Source of the DNA: Gnetum montanum
Taxonomy: Eukaryota; Plantae; Gnetophyta
Direction: 5' to 3'
DNA: 64,000 nucleotides
NCBI GenBank assembly: GCA_015680685.1
Contig: MNCI01001533.1
Coordinates: 20,700-84,699 of the forward strand
This document shows, one piece after another, positions 39,222-53,030 of the stretch. Position 1 is the stretch's first letter; every line of letters starts with the position of its first letter. A program made the translations under genes and the position numbers. Under the pieces are notes generated by a model. The model saw nothing but the letters and a program-made list of their open reading frames with translations, ran no database searches and was not told the DNA's origin.

Positions 39222-40548
39222 TAACACAAAGATTTCATGAGAAAGTGATTATTGAAATTAGAGAGAGAAATTCAAAGATAAAATTTCAATTCTAGAACAA
39301 TATTGAAGTTAAGCAAGGTTGTCCATGTTGTTTAACTCTTTTTGGTATCCTTATTGTTAAAATGCAATAATGGTTACATAATGGGCAAAATAATCATATT
39401 ATCAAAATTGCATCCTAAGCAATTAATCTTCTTTCTATGTACAAATGATCTCCACTACTGCAAAAGGTATGTAAAGTATATTGCAAATTTTAGAAAATTA
39501 TTGCCACTCATCTAGTCTTAGAGTGAATGTAAATAAAACGAAATTGATGGTTTGGGGGTATAAGTAATACATGTTATTACTTCCATTTTAGAGGTATTAA
39601 TGTGCAAATAGTAAATTATTTTAAATAGTTGGGTATCCCTACTATGAACAATTACAAGTAGGGCAATCGTATCAATGAAAGAATAGTAGAAGGTTTCAAA
39701 GCCTGTATGCTTTCAAGGATTTAAGACTCTAGGTTTGGAAGGTTAGTAAATAAATTTTCCAAACTATCCTATCCTACTGTATTGTATGGATGTATTGTTT
39801 GGGGACCTAGACTTAGTGCTAAACTTCTAAAAGATATTGAAAGAGTACAAAAGGATTTTCTTTTAAAGGAGTTAAAAGTGAAGATGCAAACACCTTAATA
39901 TTATTATCCAAATGCAATTTATTACATTTAGAAGCAAAAGCCTTGTGTCAATTCATTGCATATGCTCATAGCTTGAATATATCAAGGCAAAAAGATTCTC
40001 TAAAGCAATTCTTAAAGATTCATGATATTGTGGTTCATATTCTCAAGGAATGCAATGGTTCAGAAAATGAAATATTTGTGGTAGAAAGTGCAACAAAATC
40101 CTAAATATAGTCTCCGGTTAGTCAAGCAAAAAGTTTTAACACACTTGTGGTCTAATGTAGAAGATAAAAAACAGTTTTATTTACATCACTTTAGAGCTAA
40201 TAAACTAGATACAAAAGCTCACTATCTTTGAGCTACTATTTCAAAGTATGGAAGTGCCATATACAAGCTTTGCTTAGGTTTGCATCATCTTAGAATTGAA
40301 AGTGGAAGATAAATGCAACTCCTCTAAGAAGAACTCACTTGTAAATTGTAGGTTTTGCACATCAAGGGCTCTTGAAGAAGAATTTTATGTGTGTTTTTTC
40401 TTATTGGATAATGTTATAATGTTACAATAAAAAATTCATATAATTTATTTTTTCCGTTATTGATATTTAATTAATTTATAAAGTTTATTTTTATTTTTCA
40501 TAAAAATGTAATCTCTCTCATAAATCTTGTGTATCTTTAAATGTAAAA
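39222..40548 (+). mobile_element. 5'-truncated non-LTR retrotransposon (LINE) RT to 3' end, decayed
   Basis: EKVIIEI...EVKQGCP..LFGI; C-terminal LHHLRIESGR..TCKL. Collinear with the reverse complement of 42655-44030. Confidence 0.85.
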
Positions 40549-41060
40549 AGCTTCCCATACCCTAAAAGTTACCCATAGGCGAAAGCTCTTATTCAACTTA
40601 GCTTGCCTTGCCCATGGTTCTTATTTAAAAATCAAGGTTCAAAAACGTAAACTGTATTGAAGTTGTTGGACCTATTCTGAAACACTCAAAACAAACATCT
40701 CCATTTGCTCTAACATGAAGGGCAGAACCCATTCACGGTGGAAGTTGATTTTGTTTCAATGTTCAGCCAAATTATTTCAATTTCACTCTGCAGTCATCGT
40801 TGAACGTGGATTCCAGTCGGCTTCATTGCAGCGTCCTATCATGTGCACAGAAAATGCAATTAAAAACGCAAATGACAAAAATCGAATACTTTTCTTCCTT
40901 ATTGCCTTCTTCTAAAAGACTGCAGTATGTACCACGCCCAAATATCTCATAATGGGCATACACAGTAATTGAACTGCAACAAGGCAAGAAAAGACGAGGT
41001 GGTTGTTTCTTATGAATCCGTTCAATCTTGCGGTCGGCTTGATTGCACGAAAACATAGAA

Positions 41061-42507
41061 ATGCAGGAAGCCAAGTTCGAGTTGCAATCGTCATCTGATC
41101 CCAGCAAAACCATATCGATTCCAATAGTCCAGGAGCTGGCCAAATCCATTAATGGCAGCGATACTGTTCCTGGCAGATATCTTAGAGACGTTTCCTCTGT
41201 TTCTCTGTCGGTTGAAGGTGGAACGCTGCCAATAATAGACATGGCTATTATAGCGTTACAGGACTCAGCTGCCAGACACCAAGAAATGCAGAAACTTTCA
41301 GCAGCATGCCAGGAATGGGGCTTTTTCCAGGTTTGTTATGTATCCGGAACTTCCTCGTTGTACTACTTACTCTTATTGCTATTCATGTTCTGCTTTTGAA
41401 TGTACGAAGGTAATCAACCATGGAATACCCAACGCTCTGATTGAGAAAATAAAGGAGTTATGTAGAGAGTTTTTTGATCTGCCTTTGGAAGAGAAGCTCA
41501 ACTGCGGGCAAGCGCGAGATCGTCAAGGCTATGGCCAGCTATTCATTGAATCTGATGAACAGATTCTCGACTGGGCAGATATAATGTATTTCGATGTTCT
41601 TCCCGTAGATCAGCAGAATGAGGAAATATGGCCACAAAAACCCAGCAATTTCAAGTAACTATAATCTAGTAATTATGCCTCTAGCTTTTATTTTATTTTT
41701 TATTGTTTGCAATGATAACAAAAGCATGCCGATTTCAGTTATTCACTTTCAGATTCCTGAATTTAATGTGTTCCCGTATCATAGTTTTCAAAACTCCTGT
41801 GCTGATGCAGAGAAACATTGATAAGCTATGCAACTGAGGCAAATAAACTTTCAGTCACACTGTTCAATCTATTCGATGAGAATCTTGGTTTGGAAGCGGG
41901 AACCCTTACTAGTTTGTGCAGAAATTTAGCTGCCGGTGTAAGAATTAACTATTATCCCCCGTGCCCTAAACCTGATCAGGTTCTGGGATTAAGCCCACAC
42001 TCAGATGCAGGCTCTCTCACTGTGCTTCTACAAGATGGGGAAGTACCGGGACTCCAAATCAGGAAGAATGATGAATGGTTTACTGTTCAACCTCTCCCAG
42101 GCGCTCTGGTTGTGAACATTGGAGACTTTATCGAGGTACAAATATGTCTGCCCTATGTTTTCTTTTAATTATTCGTGAGTTATGCATCGCTCATCATTTC
42201 TTCTGAGAACCTTGGATGTACAAGACCTCTCATTAGCATTAGGATTTTGTTGCAGGTGATAACAAATGGGATCTACAAGAGCATTGAGCACCGAGCCATA
42301 ACTAGCAAGGACAGTAAAAGGATATCAGTGGCCACTTTCTGTACTGTTGCTTTGCATGAATGGATAAAGCCTGCCTCTGCTCTGTTAGACAGTATGCATC
42401 CTCCAATTTACAAAGAAATCTGTGTTGGAGATTACATCCATAACTATTTGTCAAAGAGGCTTCAAGGCAAAAGGGCTCTCTCTGATTACCTATCAAGAAA
42501 TCAGTGA
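41061..42507 (+). CDS. 2-oxoglutarate/Fe(II)-dependent dioxygenase, DOXC class, SRG1-like (4 exons, 363 aa)
   Basis: Exons 41061-41330, 41410-41654, 41811-42135, 42256-42507 joined by GT-AG introns give an open 1092-nt frame. Motifs: ACQEWGFFQVINHGI, NYYPPCPKPD, HSD (HxD), distal H in SIEHRA, RxS in KRISVA. AATAAA at ~42536 and ~42653. Confidence 0.96.
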
Positions 42508-42654
42508 TAGAGTGATTCCAATATTTTAGTCTGTAAATAAAAACTCTTTAGTTTTATACGGTATTCAGCTTATTCGGCATTGCTGCTATCTTTGAAACAA
42601 GGCTATGTTCTAATACCATTCTCATCTGCATTACTTGCTAAATATGAAATGAAA

Positions 42655-44650
42655 TAAAGTTTTATTACATTCCAAGATACATAGCACAAATATTACATTT
42701 TTATGAAAAATAAAGATAGACTCTACAAATTGACCAAGCATCAATGGGGTATCAAAGACAACTCATACATGCTTTTTGTTTTAACATTATAATGCTATCA
42801 CAAATGGATACTCATAGCATAAGAAATAAATACATGTAACTTATCTTCAAGGGTTTCTAATATGCACAACCTACAAATGCGCTTTTCTTAGGGGAGTTAA
42901 ATCCATCTTTCACTTTCAATTCTAAGATGATGACAACTTAAGCAAAGCTTGCTAATAGCATTTCGATATTTGATGGGAATAGCAGCTAAGAGATGTTAAG
43001 TTTCTACATCTAGTTTATTAGATCTAATGTGGTGTAAATAACATTGCCTCTTGCCTCCCACATTAGTTCACTTTTGTGTTGAAACCTTTTGCTTAACTAC
43101 TTGGTGAGTATGCTTAAGATTTTGCTACACGTCTTCCCAACAGATATTCCATTTTCTCAACTATTGCATCTCCTAAAAATACCAACTACAATTTCGTAAA
43201 TCCTTAAGAATTGCTTTAGAGTATTTATTTTGCCTTGAGATATGTAAGTTATGAGTGTATGTAATGAATTGGCATAAGGCTTCTACTTCTAAAGGTAATA
43301 AATCACATTCACATAATACCATTGAGTAAGTTGTTTGCATTTTCTCCTTTAATTGATTAAGCAGAAAAGTTTTTTTGCACTCTTTCAATATCTTTCCAAA
43401 GTTTAGCATTGAGTTTAGGTCTCCAAACAACACATCTATACAATAAGGTAGGATAGATGATAGTATGGAAAATTTGTTTTCTGAACTTCTAAGCCCAAAG
43501 GCCTAAATCTTGATATTTGTTTTTGAAAGCATAGAGAGCTTGGAAACTTCCTGCTATTTTTTCTTTGATGTACTTCTTGCACATGTAATTGTTCATATAC
43601 ATGAGATCTAAATATTTAAAAGAATCTACGATTTGCACATTGGTACCTCCAAAATGAAAGTTATAACAGCTATATCTTGTACCTCAAATCATCAATTTGG
43701 TTATATCTACATTCACTTAAAGATGAGATGAATAATAATAACTTTCTAAAATTTGCAACATATTTTGCATGCCTTTTGCAATAGTGGAAATCAAGGCAAC
43801 ATCATATGCTTATAAAAGAAGATTCACTACTTGGGATCCAATTTTGATAGCATTACTATATTGCTCATTACACAACCATCCTTACATTTCATCAACAAAA
43901 ATACCAAAGAGAGTTGCAGAAAGTGGACAACCTTGCTTAACTTCATTTTTTCTTTGATATTGAAATTTTTTTTCTAAATTGCTATCTATAATTTCAATAA
44001 TCACTTTCTCATATAATTGTTGAGTTGCTATAATCAAGTTTGAAGGGATGCTAATTTTATGTAAGTGCAACCATAGTTTTATATAGATCACTAAATCATA
44101 TGCTTTTGCAAAATCAATGAAACAAGTAAAAACTTTTTCATTGGGCATTTTTGTACACTCTATGTAGTATCTAAGAGTAACTAAGTGGTCAATAGTAGAG
44201 TGATTTTGTTTGAAATCTGCTTAACATCTTACCTTGACCTGGTTACCTTCAACCCAAGAATTGATTCTCTTTTCTAGCAAAGTGCCTAGCAACTTAGCAA
44301 AAATATTACTCGCAATAATCATTTGATAATTGGTAAAATTATTTTATCCCCCATTTTATATAACAATATAGCTTTACTAGTTTTCCACCATTGATTTAGT
44401 TTTTGCTCCATTATTGAATTTAATTTGTACTAAATTTCTCTATGAATAGCAAATTGTGTTCACTTTAATAATTCTACATATAAACGATCTAAATCTACAA
44501 CTTTACTAGATGTTAGCTTTCTAATATCCTATGTGACTTCCTCAAGAGTAAATTGGAGAGGTGCTTGTTGTATAATAGTAGTAGAATTATCATCTTATCT
44601 TATAAATAGCTTATTGTAAAATGAGCAAATATAAAGGAGGACCATATTAT
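42655..44650 (-). mobile_element. Non-LTR retrotransposon (LINE; RTE-X-like C-terminus), decayed ORF2
   Basis: ORF 43882-44148(-) CFIDFAKAYDLV...VKQGCPLSATLFGIFVDEM; upstream GFK..HSTIDHLVTLR; downstream CHHLRIESER..RICRLC. The 5' boundary is approximate. Confidence 0.88.
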
Positions 44651-46824
44651 AAATCAAAATGAAGATGAAATGCTTTACTTTGTCTTTAAAGATTATTACA
44701 AGGATTATTAAGGAACTGAATAAAGGTTGATAAATTTAGTTCAAAGAGTTAGAGTAAGATTTTAATGTCGTATTTAAGTTTGAGTATATTTTTTTAAAAA
44801 AGGAGAAATAAGAAAGGCCTATTTTGGGGATGTTCAAATGCAAAAGAATGACTAGAAGTATAGCCCAAAACATATAGCTAACTTGATAGTTTAGAAAGAT
44901 TTATTTTTTATTGATTAGACCTTCTCTAATGCCTTTACAGAAAATGTAGACTTTTACAAAAAACGTAAATGTACAGCAAACATCAAGAAACACAAATCAT
45001 GTCATGTAAAATATATAATATAAAGACACAAGATATGAAACTGTAAGTTTAGTAACCCAAGATAAGAACTATATAGAAGTGAGGGTTTGGTCTTGTATTG
45101 AGGGTTTTAGTCTATGTGCCATGCTTGAAGGCTCTACAACCCTAATTCTTGATTTAGGCATTTTTGGATTAGACATTAATACAAATGAATGGCAATAGGA
45201 ACAAATTCACAATTCTCTTACTTGGGTTACTTGTTGTAGCCTATTTTTCAAGGAGGAAAATAAGTACCTAGATGCTAAATAGCTTTTTTGCCCCTGGGTT
45301 CTTTAATGCAAATTGTGGAATAATGAAGATTTTTTGGGATGGGGATGTCCTTGGTTCTCTATACTAAAAATGGATTTTGAACTATGGTATACTAAGTACC
45401 TCACATTTGCAATGTACCTGATAGGATTTCTTAAGAAGTGAAAAATTGATCCATATAGTACAAATCTTAGAATGCATATTTATACAAATGTCAAAGGAAT
45501 GGTGATCTTCAAGTGAATTGGCATAGTCCTTGTGTCCTACACTTGCAACTAGAAAAGAAGAGGGTTAAATGATGGATTCCCAAGCCTCATCAAATGAATT
45601 ATAATATGTATTCTATAAAGGATCATATCCAAATTTGGTATATTCAAATATGATTTGAATCAAAGAGAAAGAAAGAGAGAGTAGGATGATTTTTCAATTC
45701 TTATAGCATAGACTTCACTAAGAATTAATGTTTATGGTCAAGTGCTATTACATAAAAGAAAACATTTTAGCACAGTTTTCCTCATCCTTGCATACTTATT
45801 AGTAAACCTATGTGTTTTAAAAGATTTTGATGTTATTTTACATCTTTCTAAGAAACCAAGGATGAAAACTTGGAATGCAAATAGTGAGAATTTTTTAATG
45901 GCAATTTATAGCTTAAGTCTTATGATATAGGTATACTTTAACAAACTTGTCATCTTGCATTAGCTATATATACTAGAATATATATTGTAATAATATAATT
46001 AACACGCTAAGTGATGTGCAATGTGTATGGCCCACACCTAACCATATGAGTCTAAGAGTATCATGGTAGATTGTATCATAATCATTAGGAGGGATAGGTG
46101 GAATTTTTAAAAGTAGTGTGGATCGATCATATGTCATTGTCTTCCTCATCACATTTGTAGTAGGCTTGGATTGTATGGTTAAACATGATCAAGGTACATT
46201 CTCTATGATATTATTTGGACTAAAAATAGAAAATAATCTTTACTAAGGCTTAATTACAAATACACATACAAGTCCTAAACTATCCTACAATGATTGTCAC
46301 TTTGTCAACCTTTTGTCACATTTCTAGATTTATGAATAATTATTGAGTGACTAGAATAACTAACTACTTAGCGAACTAAGTTAACTAATTACTTGGATTA
46401 CTAGGTTAATCATAGTTAATGTTCAAGATCTCAACACACACATTTCACTATGACTAGTGTAAAAGAAAATGTAAACATTATGTTAAATAACATTAATAAA
46501 TTGCATAGAAAATAAATTACAATAAAGGAAAATCTAATCCAAGTCAAAGTGTTAGAATGTAAAGGAATCGATCTCCTTTAAAATCACATTTTGGGAGATT
46601 GAGGCTTAAGACACCTCCCACATGGGTACGGAATTTGAGAAGACTCTCAATAGAATCACATGTAACTATAAAAATTTTGTTTCATTCTTTAATATTTTAT
46701 AAATGAAACCTTAAGGAAAATACACATTCAAACTAGAAATATCTAAAGAAAAATATTTTAAAAGCATACACACACACACAAACACTAAAATTAGAACAGC
46801 TTGTAAAATAACATTTGATTTTCT

Positions 46825-47314
46825 AGTCATAGTAGGTCTACATCAAGCATTTGCGCTTAGCCTATATTTTTTTGTCATTATTTAGAATGAATTAACAAAG
46901 GAAATACAACATGAAATCCCTTGGTGTATGCTATTTGCAGATTATATTATGTTGGTGGATATAGATTGAGAAAATATTACTTCTAAAATGGAGAAGTGAA
47001 AACATGCTCTAGAATCAAAAGGCTTAAAAGTTAGTAGAAGATAGAATATATGGAATGCAATTTTAATAACAACATAAATAGTGATGAAATAGAAGTGACA
47101 ATTCAAAGTAAAAGAGTCCCTCGCTACAAATAGTTCCACTACCAATAATCAATCTTCCAATCAGATGGCGAAATTGTTAAAGATATAAGAAATAGAATTG
47201 AGGTAGGATGGTCAAAATGGAGACAAGCTAGTGATGTTCTATGTGATAAAAGAATACTAATAAAATTGAAGGGGAAATTTTCCATGACAATAATCATGCC
47301 TACTACCTTATATG
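46825..47314 (+). mobile_element. RTE-clade LINE reverse transcriptase fragment
   Basis: VGLHQ..ALS.Y.F, PWCMLFADYIMLVD, LESKGLKVSR, DGEIVKDIRNRIEVGWSKWRQASDVLCDKRI.IKLKGKF, typical of plant RTE elements. Confidence 0.9.
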
Positions 47315-47551
47315 TGTCAAGAACAAATCTCCCATGCTAAGCATGGAACCATGATTAATAAGTTTTAACCCCATGACATCAATGAATCTTAGTTTAGTTT
47401 ATAGCAAAATGTTTTTATAGACAATGCATATATTAGGCATATTTCCTAGTTGATGTAGATAAGTTCCTCACTATACTATACAACAAGTCTATTAATAATT
47501 TACTCTCTTCTTTTAGAAAGAACATTTATAGGCATATTGATTTCAAGAATT

Positions 47552-48640
47552 TATGGACCTTTTAGTTTTGGTATGTCAAAACATTAAGAAAAACAGAAAA
47601 CAAGTTTGTTTGTATGTGTGTGTAGTTGTTGTGCTTGCAGGATACAAACTTGGATTGAGCAAAGCTATGGACAAGGAATGATGCATTCATCATGCAAGAG
47701 AAAATGAAGAAAGACATCTTTGGGAAGTAGCAAATGTCTTGGTAGATTTGGAGTGAACTTAGGCAAATACATCTTCAAAAACAACAAGCCATCTCTCTTA
47801 GACAAAGACATCTTTCATGAGACAAAGATGTCTTGATTGATTGCATACCAAGTCCAGAAAGACATCTTTCACAAGAAAAAGACATCTTCTAGAGTAGAGA
47901 CTTCAAAAAGACGTTTTTTAGGAAATAGAGATGTCTTCCCAGAATTGAAGATAAATTCAAAGAGATGTCTCAAGCATGGGAAAGATGTCTCCCATAACCA
48001 TTAGTAACCATTAGCTAGCCGTTGCATGAGTTTCAAGAAGGTTTTAGCAACACGGAAGCTATAAGAAGGCTTAATGTGCATTGGAAAAAGTGCAAGACTT
48101 ATTGTATTCATTATACAATCATTTGTAATCATTGAATTCACTGTTTCTCCTCATTGTATTATCATTTTGGAATTGTAAAGTGTGTTGTACCTAACTATAC
48201 AAGGATTAACAAACTGAGTTGTAATTATCCCTTGTAATTCTTATTCTTGTTGCCCTACGAAGTTGATGTACTTGAGCTTGTTGGGATCCTATGGGATTGA
48301 GTTGTTGGTGTTGTGGTACAACACTTCGGTGTAAAGCTCAAGATTGTAAAGGTTGTGGAAGCCTTGAAACCACATTTTCAAACATAACGAGTCCTTGTAG
48401 AGTTGAGTGATTGGTGCTGCGATACAACACTCTAAAGTAAGGCTTAAAGATTGTACAGGGTGTGGATCCTTCAACCACATTTTGAGAGCAACAAAGTTTA
48501 GAGGTGTGTTTGCAATCTACCCTCTAAGTGTGGACTACCCAAGTTGGGGAACCACGTTAAGTTTGGTGTATGTGCTTTGTTTGTTTAAGTTTTAATTTAG
48601 GGAACCTATTCATCCCTCCTCCTAAGTTCAATGATCCACA
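47552..48640 (+). repeat. Copia 5' LTR
   Basis: Direct repeat of 53031-54096; ends ...tccaca before the PBS; AAGACATCTT/AAGATGTCTT motif cluster at 47710-47990. Confidence 0.92.
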
Positions 48641-51600
48641 AGTGATATCAGAGCCTAGTAATCTTACACATCATCTTCAAGCGTGAACATGGAAGGGATT
48701 ATCAACTTCAGACACATTTGGGAAAAAGGATTAATATGCTTCATCAACTATTATGCTTAATTTCTAAATCACATTTTTCAAAAGGTAAATATCTTATTTC
48801 TTTCTTTACATTCAAAAATAGAGGAGACTACATTTGTAAGATTGATAAAACTCATGACAATCTGAATGATTTTTCCTTTGAAGGTATGGGATGTTTTTCC
48901 ATGAATTTAATTCTTTTCAAAGCTTATGTGTTGAAATGACAAATGTTTTACATGTGAAGGAAATGAAAATTTCAAGTTCTTAATGATAAATTTTCTTATC
49001 TCAAGAAAAAGAACTTAGACCTCAAGTTCTAATTTTGATTCATCTTCAATAGAATGCTTAGTATGTGGTGAAAGAAGCCATGTGATCTCTAAATGTCCTA
49101 GTAATGATAGGTTACAGCAAAAGGATAGAAATGATGAGGAGATGAGAAAGACCAACTTCTACTTGAGTTGAAATGATGAGAAGCAAAGTAAAGAAGAGGT
49201 GAAGGACAATGCAAAGGTTTCACACCTCGTCTATATGGTTCTCATTGATGATGACACTAACACCTCAGAATATGGACTTAATGAGGATGAGAGGTTTGAT
49301 TTATTATGTAATGCACGTTTAAATTTTCAAAATCTTTACACAAAGTTAAATGAGAAAGTTAAAAAAGGCTCAAAAATTTTCTTTATTGAATATAAAAATT
49401 TCCAATCCTATAAAACAAATATCAACCCTAAGGGCTAAGAATGAAAAACTAACCTTGTCCTATGAGCAAGCTAAGAAAGAAATTGCAAATGTCAAACTTA
49501 TGAATGAGAAGCTGGTCAAAGGAAAAGAATCTCTTCAAATAATTCTTGGGCAAGGAAGAAGTCCAAATGACAAAAGTGGTCTAGGATGTTGTCAACAAGA
49601 ACAAGCATCTACATCAACCTCATCTAAATAAGAGACCACTCCAAAAGTCGAGGTAAACACTAGCACTATAGGCAATCAAAAGGTAACTCCAAAGGTAAAT
49701 TACTTTAATCACAATAGAAAGATTAGATGTTACCATTGTAATAGGCTAGGACATAAGCAATGGAATTGTAATTTAAAATACTATCACTTGAATACTTGGT
49801 CATATCATCAGACTCCTTGGTCTTATCCAAATGTGTTAAGAAAGGAAATCTTGCTAGACCATGGGAAAACTCATAAGGTCAAGGGAGTGCAGAAAGTTTG
49901 GAGAATTAAGAAAAAGGAGGATAAGAATGAAAAGATACTCTCCAAAAAATTTGTGAGAGGGAGTCAAGCCTTGAAGATTGAGGAAGTCTTCATAAGACAA
50001 GAAACCTCGAAAGAGGAATCTCATTCTCTAGCATTGTAAGCATCTTCGCTTTCTTTAACAAGAAAAGTAAGTAGAGGTAAGTATTTAATATATTTTAAGA
50101 CTATGGAATATTAGCTCCAAGTTCTACAAATATTAAGATAAGCATATTTGATATGAGTGAGGCATTATTGGTTGTTAGATAAAATGCTATCATGTATGTA
50201 TATGTGATTATGCTATCTTTTGGGTACATATGAGCATGATGTGATGAAAAATAACTTGATTAGTTTATGGTTGAATGGAAGCTTATGCTACTTTAAAGTT
50301 TTTATTGATAAATCATCTTTTGGATTCTTACCTAGATTGTATTGGTTTCAAGTGGTTTAAAGCCCTTGACTATAATTCATGGATCAAAGTCTTTTTGTTG
50401 AACATTCATTACTATTTAAACATATATGTATTATTTTCCATATGATTTGGCATAATTGCTTCCCTATGAAATCATAAAGTCTAATTTCTTTTGAAAGATT
50501 TTTTATGTTTGATAATTAAGCATTGGATTTTGTACCTTTAATGTAATTCATGTATCTTCTGAGAAAAGAAACATTTCAATAGCAGTTATTTGCTACGTTT
50601 ATGAGAGACCTCAAAATTGATCTTGATATAACACTCTAGATTTATGGAGACATCACCTAGTCCCTTGTTTGATTCTCAAAGTATGTGTGATGTTTATGTC
50701 TATGTTCTTGTGATGATTCTTGTCATGATTGGGAGTGTTTTAGATATAACTAATGGGAGACCTTAGTCTCCATGCTTGATCTTAGAATTTCTTTATAGCA
50801 TGAAGATCCTAAAAGGCTCAAGAGGAGAATAACAATTAGTATCAATCTCTCTATAATAGATGTTTCAAAAGATGGGTCATATATGTAGGGGGGGTCTTGA
50901 TTGATTCTCTCAAAGATATGATATCATAATTACTAAGCTTTCTATCTCTAGCACCTATATTAAATAACAGGAAAGGAAGAGCATATTCATTTGGTAAAGA
51001 AAAAGAGGACATTTATTTATCAATCTTTATCTAAAGATGATCTTTATTGATGAAAGTTCTTGAAATTTATATGTTATATAAACTTACTTGTGAGCACTAC
51101 GTTTAGGATTTAATGGTTCATGTCTGACATTTTTTATGTTGAGAATGTATCATTTTAAGTGCTTAAGATCCTTTTTTGCAAATATGTATATAGAGATAAT
51201 TTTTTATCATATATTATTTTTTCTAGATGATTGGTTGTCATATTTTGATATATTTTAACTTTTTCAGCATGATAAGATGCATTGCTTAAACATTAAATAT
51301 GCATGTTTTTACTCACTTGTCTTGAAATTATTCTTAGATTATTAGAAAAATATTTGTTTAGAGATAGGTTACTTGCTCTTAAATATCTTTTAAAAAGCTT
51401 GAATCAAGTGTTGTGGATAGATGAAGGGCCACTTTTGTTAAACACTCATTTTACTTCATTAGCCCTATAAAAATTAATAAGATGTGTATTCTTCATACGG
51501 TTCCCTTGCAAAATTTTTGTTTGTTATACACAATTATATTATGAAAAAATTTTACAAGTGTTTGGATGAATTCTTTTGGGTACTAACCATACAAGAGGAG

Positions 51601-51689
51601 AGTTTTGTGCTCATTATGCAATGGCTCTCCATAACTATATGTTTTTGTTCTAAAATAATATATCTTTCATATATATGCATCATCCTTCT

Positions 51690-52790
51690 TGATCATGTCT
51701 TCAAACTCAAGAAAGATCTCTATGGCCTTAAACAAGCTTCAAAAGTTTAGTATGAGAGGCTTTCTCAACATCTCATAGCAAATGGATTTAAAAGGAGTAA
51801 ACCTAATGTTACATTATTTCTTAAAAGAGATGGTAGAGATCTTTTAACTGTTCAAATATATGTTGATGGTATTATTTTTGGTGCCACTAATGAAATTCTT
51901 TGTAAGAAGTTTTCTAATCTTATGCAATCTAAATTTGAAATGAGCATGATGGAAGAACTCAAGAACTTTCTTAGGTTTCAAATCTATAAAACTCTTGATG
52001 GAACCTTCTTGTGTCAAACCAAGTATGTAAAAGATCTTTTGCTAAAATATAGTTTGGCTAATTTTAAAGTTAAAAGTACTCCAATGGCTACAACTATTAA
52101 ACTTGTTAAAGATGATCAATGTAAGCCAGTTGATCCCAAGCTTTATAGAGGTATGATTGATAATCTTCTTTATCTTACTACTAGTCGACCAGATATAGCC
52201 TTAAGTGTAGGACTATATGCTAGATATTAGTTAGCTTTGAAAGATTCTCACTACCAAGCTATTAAATGAATCTTTCACTACTTACAAGGTACTACTAACT
52301 ACAACCTTTGGTATCCAAAGGATTCCTCCCTTGATCTTATCAATTATTGTGAGGTAGATTGGGTAGCATGCTTTGATGATCATCGTAGAACAAGTGGTAA
52401 TTGTTTCTTCTTGGGAAGAAGCTTCATTTCTTGGACAACCAAGAAAAAAACCTCTATAGCTCTTTCAACTCCAAAAGTTGAATACATCTTTGCCAGTAGT
52501 TTTTGTGCTCAAATACTTTGGATGAAGGAAACTCTCAAACATTTAGGCATGCATGCAAAATCAACTCTTATTTATTGTGATAACAAGAGCACCATCAACA
52601 TGACCAAGAATCCAATTCAATATTCTCATACCAAACATATTGAGATTCATCATCATTTCATATGGGAGCATAAATAGTGTTGTCATGTGAGATTAGAAGT
52701 CATTGGAGTCGAGAGTCAACTAGCTGATGCCTTTACAAAATCCTTGGATGAAGATCAATTGACATCTTTATGCAAGGATATGGGGATAGG
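51690..52790 (+). pseudogene. Copia RT (C-terminal part) + RNase H, decayed
   Basis: HVFKLKKDLYGLKQA, QIYVDGIIFG, FEMSMMEELKNFL, LLYLTTSRPDIA, IYCDNKSTINMTKNPIQYSHTKHIEIHHHF, QLADAFTK. Confidence 0.95.
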
Positions 52791-53030
52791 ACCTTGTCCT
52801 ATCATGTGAGTATTTTCATTCTTTCTATTCTTACTCCAAATAAAACAAAATCAAACAAAAATACAAAATCCAAAACACCAAAAACATTTTTTTATGCATA
52901 TATTTAGAGGGAGTTTGTCTCACCTTTTTGGTTATGTTAAAAAAGGGGGAAAATTAGGTAAAATGTGTTATTATTGGGACAAGACTAATCCATTTTCTTA
53001 AGTTTTGAACATTACCAAAAAGGAGAATAT

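Noticed and set aside
40823-41242. 139-aa antisense ORF over dioxygenase exon 1
   Set aside because: Shadow ORF of a real coding exon; no recognisable motifs.
44650-46820. Possible LINE 5' region/ORF1 and LTR fragments
   Set aside because: Too decayed to assign boundaries or identity by eye.
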